Source of the DNA: Paraspadella gotoi
Lineage: Eukaryota; Animalia; Chaetognatha
Length of the DNA stretch: 14,896 bases
Reading direction: 5' to 3'
Assembly: GCA_051294375.1 (NCBI GenBank)
Contig: JBJCIZ010000651.1
Coordinates: 1 to 14,896, forward strand
In this document: positions 1 through 9,466 of the stretch, one piece after another
How the letters are laid out: every line of letters begins with the position of its first letter
Numbering within the stretch: the stretch's first letter is position 1
Notes under the pieces: generated by a model
The model's database searches: none
What the model was told of the DNA's origin: nothing
The model's input: only the letters and a program-made list of their open reading frames with translations
Made by a program: the position numbers and the translations under genes

Positions 1-3000
1 ACAGAGAGAGATAATAAAGAACTTTTAAAAAACGGTCAAACGTTTTTTCCAATGTAAAGAAAAATAAGAAAAAAAACACCGATAAAACCGACTTTTTCTA
101 AAGTAAAAGTGGATAAAAGTTAAAGTACAGCGGCAGAGCGAATATTTCCAAAAGAGATAACAACTTTAAAAAACAAAGAAATATTTCTTGTCTTTTTCAA
201 ATGGTAAAAAAGAGATAAAAAATTTCTAAAACCCGGAGAAAACGAGTATTTTCTAAAGAAAAAAGAAATAAAAAGCGTTAAATAATTCTTGCAAATAACA
301 TCATCGAGGTTTGTTAAATCATTGGGTGAGGACAGTTATGTAAATAATCTTTTTAATCAAATACAAACAATTTCCTCTCTTTTATTTTTAATGTCTTCGC
401 CTTCTCTCTATCATTTCTCTTAATTTTATGGGTAGCTTTCTGCTCACTCTCAATAGATAAAAACGTTAAAAGTAGCAGCCAAAGAAAAAGCGACTTTTTC
501 TCTGTATAAAAGGAATATGAAAACTTTAAAGAAAGTAAAGAAAACGATTTTTTCCAATGTAAAAAGAAATAAAACTTAAAAAAAAACGGCAAACGGTTTT
601 TTGCCAATGTAAAAAGGAGTTAAAAAGCCACCGAATAAAACGACTTTTCCTAAAGTAAAAGTAATAAAAATGTTAAAATACAACCTGCAGACGATATTTC
701 CAAAGAAGATAACAACTTTAAAAACAGAAAAAAACGCTTTTCCAGATGTAGAAAAGAGATAATAAATTTCTAAAACCGCGGAAAGACGAATATTTTCAAA
801 AGAAGAAAAGAAATAAAAACGTTAAATACTTGCTGCAAAATAACATCATCGAGGTTGTTAAGAATTGGGTGAGGAGCAGTTAATTAAATATCTTTTTATT
901 TCAAAACAAAAAAATTTCCGCTCTCGTTTTATTTTATGTTCCTTCTCTCTCGTCTTTACTCTTAAATTTTAATGTAGCTTTCTCTCTACTCTCGAAAATA
1001 TGAAAAACGTTAAATACACCAGAAAAAGACGACTTTTTCTCTGTATAAAAAGATATGAAACTTTAAAAATAACAGAAAAATATTTTTTTTCCAATGTAAA
1101 AAGTAAACGAAAAAACTTTAAAAAGAAAAGGCAAACGTTTTTTCCAATGTAAAAAAGAGTTTAAAAAAACACCGATAAACGACTTTTCAAAAGTTAAAAA
1201 GTGATAAAAACGTTAAAATACAGGCGGCAGAACGATATTTCCAAAGAGATAACAACTTAAAAACCGGAAGAAAGACGCTTTTCCAATGTAAAAAGAGATA
1301 AAAAATTTTTCTAAAACAGGAAAAGCGATATTTTTAGCAGAAAAAGAAATAAAAACGTTAAATACTTCTGCAAATAACAATCAGCATCGAGGTTGTTAAA
1401 ATTGGGTGGAGGACAGTTTTAAAATTATCTTTTTATCAAAACAAACAAATTCCCTCTTCTTTTATTTTTATGTCGTCCTTCTCTCTGCCTCTTTTCTCTT
1501 TAATTTTATGTAGCTTTCTCTCACTGCCTGCAGATAGATAGAAAACGTTAAATACAGCCAGAAAACGACTTTTTCTCTGTAAAAAGATATGAAAACTTTA
1601 AAACAGAAAACAGATTTTTTCGCCAATGTAAAAATGAAAATAAAAACTTAAAAAACAAAAAACGGCAAACGTTTTTTCCAAAGTAGAAAAAAGTTAAAAA
1701 AATCACCGATAAAACGATTTTCTAAGTAAAAGTAATAAAAAACGTTAAATACAGCGGCAGACGATATTTGCAAAGAGATAAGCAACTTTTAAAAAAACAA
1801 AAGAAACGCTTTTTTCAATGTAAAAAGAGATAAAAATTTCTAAAACACGCGAAACGATATTTTTCAAAAAAAATAAGTATATATTATATAATATATACTT
1901 CTGCAAAATAAGCATCATCAGAGGTTGTTAAAATTGGGTGACGGACAGTTATTAAATATCTTTATTCAAACAAAACAAATTTCCTCTCTTTTATTTTTAT
2001 GTTCCTCTCTCCTCTCTTTCTCTTTAATTTTATGTAGCTTTCTCTCACTCTCAAATGATAAAAAAGGCGTTTAAATAGACACCAGAAAAACGAGCTTTTT
2101 CTCTGTAAAAGGATCTGAAAACTTTAAAAATAACAGAAAACGGCTTATTTTTGCCATGTAAAAGAAGTAAAAAGCTTTTTAAGAAAAAAACGCAACGTTT
2201 TTTTCGCAATGTAAAAAAGAAGTTAAGAATAACACCGATAAACGAAACTTTCTAAGTAAAAAGTGATAAAAAACGTTAAATACAGCGGCCGACTGATATG
2301 TGCCAAAGAAGATAACAACTTTAAAAACAGAAGAAAGAACGCTTTTTTTCCAATGTAAAAAAGAGAATAAAAAATTTCTAAAACACCGGAAAACGATATT
2401 TTTAACAGAAAAAAGAAATAAAAACGTTAAATCACTTGTCTGCAAATAGAACATCATCGAGGTTGTTAAAATTGGGTGAGGACAAGGTATTAAATATCTT
2501 TTTTTATCAAATCAAAAAGCAAAATTTCCTCTCTTTTAAGTTTTTATGTCTCGCTGCTCTGCTCTCTTTTCTCCTTAAATTTTATGTAGGGCTTTCTCCT
2601 CAACTCTCAATAGAATAAAAAACGTTAAATACAGCCAAGAAAACGACTTTTTCTGCTGTAAAAAAGATATGAAAACTTAAAAAAAAATGAAACAGAAAGC
2701 GATTTTTTCGCAATGTAAAAAGAAAATTAAAACTTTTTAAAAAAAACGGCAAACGTTTTTTTCCAATGTAAAAAGAGTTAAAAAAAACAACCGATAAGAC
2801 GACTTTTCTTAAAAGTAAAAAGTAATAAAACACGTTAAATACAGCAGAGAAGCAGACCGGCAGATCGAACATTTCGCAAAGAGATAACAGACTTTAAAAA
2901 CAAAGAAACGCTTTTTCCAATGTAAAAAGAGATAAAAAAATTTCTAAAACAGCGCGGAAAAACGATTTTTTCAAAAGAAAAAAGAAATAAAAAACGTAAA

Positions 3001-5040
3001 TACGTTCTGGCAATAACATGCATCGAGGGTTGTTAAAATTGGGTGGAGCGACAGTTAATTAAGATATCTTTTTATCAAAACAAACAAATTTCCCTGCTCT
3101 TTTATTTTAATGTCTCCTTCTCGGTCTCTCTGTTCTGCTTTAATTTTATGATAGCTTTCTATCACTCTCAATAGATAAAAAACGTAAATACACCAGAAAA
3201 CGACTTTTTCCTCTGGTAAAAAAGATATGAAACTGTTAAAAAAAACACGAAAGCGATTTTTTGCAATAGTAAAAGAAATAAAATCTTAAAAAAAACGGCA
3301 AACGTTTTTTCGCCAATGTAAAAAGAGTTAAAAGACAACCGATAGAACGGACTTTTCTAAAGTAAAAAAGTAATAAAAAACGTTTAAATACAGCGCAGAC
3401 GATATTCCAAAGAGATAGACATACTTTAAAAACAAAAGAAAACGCTTTATTTTCGCAATGTAAAAAGAGATAAAAAATTTCTAAAACAAAAACCGGAAAA
3501 CGATATTTTCAAAGAAAAAAGAAAATAAAAACGTTAAATACTTCTGCAAATACATCAATCGAGGTGTTAAAAATTGGGTGAGGAACAGTTAGTTAAATAT
3601 CTTTTTATCAAAACAGAACAAATTTCCTCTCTTCTTATTTTAAATGTCTCCTTCTCTCTCTCGCTTTCTTCTTTAATTTTATGTAAGCTTTGCTCTCACT
3701 CTCAAAGATAAAAACGTTAAATACACCAAGAAAACGACTTTTTCTCTGTAAAAAAGATATGAAGAACTTTGAAATAACAGAAAACAGATTTTTTCGCAAT
3801 GTAAAAAGAAGTAAAAACTTTAAAACAAACGCAAACGTTTTTTCGCAATGTAAAAAAGAGTTAAAAACACCGATACAACGACTTTCTTAAGTAAAAAAGT
3901 GATGAAACGTTAAAATACAGAGGCGGCAGAACGATATTTCCAAAGAGATAACAACTTTAAAAAACAAAGAAAACGCTTTTTTTCCAATGTAAAAAGAAGA
4001 TAAAAAATTTCTAAAAACAAACCGGAAAACGAATATTTTTACAGAAAAAAAGAAAATAAAAACATTAAATAGCTGTCTGGCCAAATAACATCATCGAGGT
4101 TTGTTAAAATTGGGTGAGGACAGGTATTAAATAATCTTTTTTATCAAATCAAAACAAATTTCCTCTCTTTATTTTATGTCTCCTTCTCGTCTCTCTTTTC
4201 CTCTTTAATTTTATGTAGCTTTCTTCTCACTCTCAATAGATAAAAACGTTAAATACACGGCAGAAAGACGACCTTTTGTCTCTGTAAAAAGATATGATAA
4301 AACTTAAGAAAATAAAGAAAACGATTTTTTCCAATGTAAAAAGAAATTAAAACTTTTAAAAAAAACGGCAAAAACGTTTTTTCCCAATGATAAAAGAGTT
4401 AAAAAACACCGATAAACGAACTTTTCTAAAGTAAAAAGTAATAAAAACGTTTAAATACATCCCGGAGAGCTACATTTGCCAAGAGATAAGCAACTTTTAA
4501 AAACAAAAGAAAAACGCTTTTTTCGGCAAAAACTGTAAAAAAGAGATAAAAAAATTTCTAAAAAACACCGAGAAACAGAATATTTTCAAAGAAAGAAATA
4601 AAAAGTTAAATCTTCTGCAAATAACATGCATCGAGGTTGTTAAATTGGTGAGGACAGTTATTAAATATCTTTTATCAAAAACAAAGCAAATTTCCTTGCT
4701 CTTGTTTATTTTTTATGTCTCCCTTCTCTCTCTGCTTTTCTCTTTAATTTTATGTAGCTTTCCTCTCACTCTTCAAAAAAATAAAAACGTTTAATACACC
4801 AGACGAACGACTTTTCTTTCTGTAAAAAATATGAAAACTTTAAAATAAACAGAAAACGATTTTTTTCAATGTAAAAGAAATAAAAACTTTTAAAAAAAAA
4901 CGGCAGACGTTTTTTTCAACCAATGTAAAAAAATATAAAAAAAACAACCGATAAACGAACTTTTCTAAGTAAAAAAGTGATAAAAAGTTAAATACAGCGG
5001 CAGACGATTATTTCCAAAAGAAGATAACAACTTTAACAAG
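1..5040. repeat. AT-rich tandem satellite array, ~540 bp monomer, ~9.3 copies, open at the left edge
   Basis: The anchor motif CATCGAGGTTGTTAAAATTGGGTGAGGACAGTT recurs at ~302, 847, 1385, 1917, 2455, 3021, 3557, 4092 and 4629 (spacing 532-566 bp). Copies differ mainly by 1-2 nt indels. Each monomer has an A-rich part and one CT-rich tract. Confidence 0.97.
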
Positions 5041-5070
5041 TTTGAGCAAACAATGTTCGGATCTGCCTAC

Positions 5071-5178
5071 GATAATTAATTAATTAATTGATTAAATTAA
5101 TTAATTAAGTTATAGATTAAATAATTAATTAATAGATTAATTAATTAATTAATTAATAGATTAATTATAAATTTATAT
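5071..5178. repeat. (TAAT)n / TTAATTAA low-complexity block ending the array
   Basis: Nearly pure A/T run ('gataattaattaattaattgattaaattaattaattaag...') made of self-complementary TTAATTAA units. Confidence 0.9.
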
Positions 5179-5180
5179 TC

Positions 5181-5272
5181 AGCTTGTCATCATCGATGTC
5201 CTTAAAAAATTGAGTTCAGGACAGTTATTAAATGTTTTGTTTAGCATTTTATTCAAAACAAACAAATATCGC
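5181..5272 (+). repeat. diverged terminal partial satellite monomer
   Basis: 'catcatcgatgtccttaaaaaattgagttcaggacagttattaaatg...ttcaaaacaaacaaat' aligns by eye to the monomer anchor and its downstream 'atcaaaacaaacaaattt', but with substitutions rather than only indels. Confidence 0.75.
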
Positions 5273-5280
5273 TGCTATTT

Positions 5281-5315
5281 ATCGAGCCAGGCGGGCAAGC
5301 CCGTCCTGTCTCGAT
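5281..5315. other. GC-rich inverted repeat / stem-loop
   Basis: ATCGAG-c-CAGG-CGGGC-aa-GCCCG-t-CCTG-t-CTCGAT: three pairs of complementary blocks (6+4+5 nt) in an otherwise AT-rich context. Confidence 0.85.
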
Positions 5316-5499
5316 TTTTATTTCGGTTTAGGCTTTCGGTCTCGCTTTTTGCAATCATGGGCTTCTGAAAGTGTGATATCAATAGGGAGTTGAATTTTTT
5401 TCATATATGGCTTCTAATCATCAAGGATCTTTTTAAAAGTTCTCTGTTTTTCCACTATCAAATATTGGTATTTTGTTAGTTTTATTACAAACAAAAACG

Positions 5500-6220
5500 T
5501 TTTAATTATGATGTCCGCTCTCTCTCTCTCTCTTTTTCTCCGTCATCTGATTCTTCTAAAAACGAGTTCCGGCTGCTGGGCATCCCTTAGCGATGTCCAG
5601 CTTTCTTTCTCTCTCTCTCTCTGTCTTCTCTCTCTCTTCTCTCAGTCGCATCTCTCTCTTCTCTGTTTTACAAAAAAAAATTTTTAGATATAATGTGGGT
5701 TCACTAATGTAAAAAACGACGCCACGGAAACAGGGCGCGAAACCCGGGTGCACTTTGGGTAGAGAATAGCTCACGCTACGTGCGGCGCCATAAAGTACTG
5801 CTGATTCTTTAACGAGTAAAGGGGGCTGTAGAGCTTCCTCTCGTCTCTCTCAGTCTTTTAATTATTATATATCGCTCTTTCTCTTTCTCTTTTTCTCTGC
5901 AAGCGGCTGGTCTCTCTCTCTCTCTTTTCTCTGTCTTCCTGTCTCTCTGTGTGTCTGTGCCTATCTGTCCGATCTGTTGCGTGATCGTTTGTTTTTTGAA
6001 AAATTCTGAATTATTTTTTTCCTTCTAAAACTTTTTATTATTGCCCGATTTTATTCCGTTTGCGCTTTTTTCAATAGCAAAATCCCATATTTTCAATCCG
6101 AAGATTTTCGTGGATTTTCATTCTCTCTTTCTTGCTCTCTCTCCTCTCCTCTCTTTCTTCTCTCTCATCTTTCTTTTCTCTCGTTCTCTCTTTCTCTCTC
6201 TCATCTCTCCTCTCCTCTCC

Positions 6221-6253
<33 letters not shown>

Positions 6254-6256
6254 CTT
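5500..6256. repeat. cluster of imperfect (CT)n microsatellite / polypyrimidine tracts
   Basis: CT-rich tracts at ~5517-5540, 5601-5665, 5840-5950 and 6121-6256. Confidence 0.9.
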
Positions 6257-6286
6257 TGACTCATACACGCATGTTGGTTTGTTTTA

Positions 6287-6430
6287 TTGACTATCATCGC
6301 ATCAATGAATGACAATCATCCGCATTCACATGAATGACAAAATCATCGCATCAACTGAAAATTGACTATCATCACAGCGTGAATGAGCTATACATCGCAT
6401 CAATATTGATACCATCGAATCAATAATCAA
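6287..6430 (+). repeat. ~23 bp minisatellite, ~6 degenerate copies
   Basis: Consensus approx. TGACTATCATCGCATCAATGAA, repeated head-to-tail ('ttgactatcatcgcatcaatgaa tgacaatcatccgcattcacatgaa tgacaaaatcatcgcatcaactgaaaa ttgactatcatcacagcgtgaa tgagctatacatcgcatcaata ttgataccatcgaatcaat'). Confidence 0.8.
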
Positions 6431-6627
6431 TTTCCTATTACATTCAATAAATATGGAGCTATTACATCAAATCAATTAGTATTAACCATCATCAATTACT
6501 AGTACAGTCAACAATCTCGTTATCGCAGTGATTCATTAACGTTTTTTCCCGGTTTTTTTCATTAATTTTCTATGATAGTGGGCTCTTGGCTCGATCTTGA
6601 GTCTTTAAGATTTTTTATTTATGGTCC

Positions 6628-6737
6628 TCCTGTCTCTCTCTCTCTCTTCACTTTTGCGCTCTCTGCTCTTTTCTCTCTCGCACGTGCTTCCCTCTCTCTC
6701 TCTCACTCTCTCTTTCTCTCTCTCTCTTAATCTCTTT
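6628..6737. repeat. imperfect (CT)n microsatellite
   Basis: 'tgtctctctctctctcttc...ccctctctctctctcactctctctttctctctctctc'. Confidence 0.88.
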
Positions 6738-6939
6738 GTTAATGCAATAAGCGACGATCAATTATGCTTTTAAGATTTTTTTTAACTTGGCATCATTTTT
6801 TCAAGCTTGCGATAATTTTTTTCACTTGCATTCCGTCAAATACTTATATCTAGCTTTCTTCGCACTCACTTTCGCTACCGGCTGCAAAATTTCATTTATT
6901 TATCATCAATACGGCTCACTGACCACGCGGTCGCCGGCT

Positions 6940-7361
6940 GCTGTTTCCTCTCTCTCGCCTCCCCAACCCAGATGCAGGAGCAGAAGCAGCGGACTCACCA
7001 GAGCAGCCGGCGGCAAGCCAACCTCACCAAAAGCTCAAACAAAGACCTTACCCTAAACTCTATGACCACACCTGGACCACGAACCAATCACAGAAGAGTA
7101 GAAAGGGATCACATGGGTCGGGGGCCAATGGGGAACAAGGCAGGGAGTTTAGGGGGTCAGGGAGCGGGAACTAAAGGAGAGAGAGAGGCTTGATGTGAAT
7201 TTGCTTGTCACTTGGTTCTTCTGGCTCACAAAAGAAAGAGCAAAGAATTTCATCCATTTATTTTGTGATCACATTTTATTCTGAGAATAAAAACTCTTGT
7301 TTCGTTACTTCGAAGAATCCTTATTCCTCTCATCGCTACGGCAGTTCAGTTAACGTCGATG
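6940..7361 (+). promoter_or_regulatory. candidate 5' LTR (U3-R-U5)
   Basis: CCAAT boxes at 7084 and 7125, a G-run cluster at 7105-7168, AATAAA at 7286 and a PBS-like TGGTGTCA at 7362, all upstream of the gag ATG. There is no second LTR copy to confirm it, and TG...CA ends were not identified. Confidence 0.35.
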
Positions 7362-7385
7362 TGGTGTCACAACACGAGATTGCGA
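7362..7385 (+). promoter_or_regulatory. possible primer-binding site
   Basis: TGGTGTCA matches the first 8 nt of the tRNA-Leu-type PBS (TGGTGTCAGAAGTGGGAT) and lies ~70 nt after AATAAA and ~280 nt before the gag ATG. The match decays after 8 nt and is not preceded by CA. Confidence 0.3.
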
Positions 7386-7640
7386 AAGAAACTTCGAAAA
7401 TCGACAATTTTAAAACTCGTCGAAAATCGAAATCGCCCACCCAAGCACCACGCCGCCAACCACGACCCGCTACCACAAAGGAAAAGGACATTTTCGAAAG
7501 CGAACAAGTGCGCAACGAACAAACAAGAACTCTGAAGAACAGCCAAGATTGAAGTCATCAAGAAATCTGCGTCTTGGGCAAACTTGACGAAAGCCGTCGA
7601 TAAGCTCACGCAAAAAGGAAAGAAAAACGAAACGAAAGAA

Positions 7641-9466
7641 ATGGCGGAGAAAAACATTCATCCATCAGCCCCGACGCCCGACCAGCCGCCACCGCGTCCG
7701 CAAAAAACCATGATGGTAGGACATTACCTCGACCCCACGACTGGGACGTCAATCATGGCTCCGGAAGTCAAAGCGCAATACGCGCAAGCCGACGACATCA
7801 ACGACGTCACATCCGGACTCAGCAAAATGACGGTAAACGACAACGAAAAGGACGTGGAGACCGCGTTGAAATCTCCTCACGGAGGACGACTACACCAACT
7901 GGACTTCAACGAAAACCTACGAAACGTCGCAGCTGGAAGAGGCGGAGATCACTCAATGGCGTTCAGAGAAATGCTCCGCCTAGTAAACGAAAACAAGGTG
8001 GAAAACATGTACTTATCTGAAAAATTAGGACAGTTGCATAACACCGTGGAAATCATAAAAGACACGGTGAACAAGACGAACAGCAACATAACAGAAATAA
8101 TGAGCCTGTTGCGGGAGCGACGGGACGACGACGACCAACGGGACGACGGAAACCGCTGGAGAACGGACCGCGACATCGGGACATCTAGATGGAGGCGTGA
8201 CTACAGCCGCGAAACCATACGTGACAATAGCCGCGACCCTCCCCGCCGAGAAAACGCCCCAGCCGCCGCGGAAGCCACGCCCAGAAGCAGCACGATAAAG
8301 ATAGAGAAACGACGAGCCGACGAAAAGCCCCAGGATTTCCTACGAGGGATTTATCAATCCCTGAGAGGATGCAGGGTCGACGTCAACAACGTGGATGAAC
8401 AACTCCAAGCCTTATTCACCAGAGACTACGAGGTCAGCTGCTTCATTGACCCGATACGCGGTAGTCTCTACAGAGGACTATGCGACATCTTCGAGTCAAC
8501 ATCGATCTCAGCCTCAGAGGTGGCGGAGCGCATCGAAGTAAAAGTCGAACCGGAGGTACACGCGGAGCACGGCCTCGCCCTGGTCAACGAGGTATACCGC
8601 AGGTTCGACGTCGTCGCACCGGAAGAACGAGGCGCAGTCCCAAGGCACACCGCACGTCTGCTGACAAAGGCTTTGACACCCTACGCTCCAGGGATCGCAC
8701 AAGAAGCGATGGATTTCCGCTCCTTCATCGAAAGCGGAAGAAAAAGGGAACTAGGGAAGCGAATCGAATGGATCCTCCGCGGATGGCTTGTGACCAACGG
8801 ACAGCAAGCGAAAGCGAGACGCTTCATCAACTCCGTCAAGGACAACGACGGCGTCAAGTCCTGACCGACTCCTCCTGCAGAAAGATTAAAACAAGAACCC
8901 AGCGGAAAGCGCCAGCGCCCTCTACCAAGGGGCCATGCTACAAGAGCGAATAACTCCGAGAATTGCTGGAGAAGCTCACCAAGGACATGGCACCCTGATG
9001 AAAGAAAGAAGGACGAAAGAAGGACGACCGAAATGGCGAGAAAAGCCAAGCCGCGACTACCGCGCTAGAAATGATGGCGCGGAACGCCGCGAAGAAAGGA
9101 ACGAAGGCCGCTGGGGAGAAAGATCCTACAGGGGAAGACCAAGAAACAAATTTGATTCCAGACGTAGAGATTTCCTTGTTGTTGATGACACTGAAAACGT
9201 TTGCTCTGATAGCGAAATTAAATTTCATGAAAAGTACAGAGAAGAATATATCAGAAAACCAGAAATAGGCAGAGGTACATCCCAGGAAAGGATGAAAGCG
9301 GCGAAGTTAGCGCAGCACGCCGCGGACGAAATAAAGCAAATGGCCAAAGAAATGCCACCAGGACAGAATAAAACGCATTTAAAAGAATGCGCGAAAGCAG
9401 CACTGAAATTTACCGGGAAAACGGCCGCTGTACGCCTCCACAGACTTTTCAATCCGCTCAAGGAAA
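7641..9466 (+). CDS. gag: Gag-like ORF1 of the retroelement (frame broken by small indels at ~8850-9040; truncated at 9466)
   Basis: ATG at 7641 in good context (gaaATGG), open to 8864. It encodes PSAP (7662-7673), a heptad-rich helix (FREMLRLV...ITEIMSLLRE) and an MHR-like KRRADEKPQDFLRGIYQSLRGC (8307-8372). Comparison with the inverted copy shows the frame continues (KDNDRQVLTDSLLQK...ELLEKLTKDMATLMKE) into the 8935-9564 track ORF up to LHRLFNPLKE. The Gag assignment rests on position and motifs, not on a database hit. Confidence 0.7.

Noticed and set aside
353-4084. Short F/L/K-rich ORFs in the satellite (e.g. 353-607, 2179-2457, 2600-2872, 3690-3890)
   Set aside because: Translations of A/T-tract repeats. 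Frames are not preserved between monomers and most use non-ATG starts.
1-5040. CRISPR-like array (conserved motif at regular spacing)
   Set aside because: The intervening sequence is itself repeated rather than unique spacers, the period is ~540 bp, no cas genes are present and the context is eukaryotic.
5556-6268. ORFs 5556-5774, 6041-6259 and 6071-6268 (ER/LS-rich)
   Set aside because: Products of (CT)n/(GA)n microsatellites.
7173-7195. AAAGGAGAGAGAGAGG followed by TG as polypurine tract plus LTR start
   Set aside because: A PPT belongs before the 3' LTR, whereas this lies upstream of gag. GA/CT tracts are common in this region, and it cannot be tested without a second LTR.
6787-7552. ORFs 6787-7056, 6972-7193 and 7205-7552 as extra element genes
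   Set aside because: Short, with no recognisable motifs, and overlapping the candidate LTR/leader. A small upstream ORF cannot be excluded but is unsupported.
8862-8864. Programmed stop-codon readthrough or frameshift between gag and pol
   Set aside because: The inverted copy has no stop here, and the break is explained by small indels.
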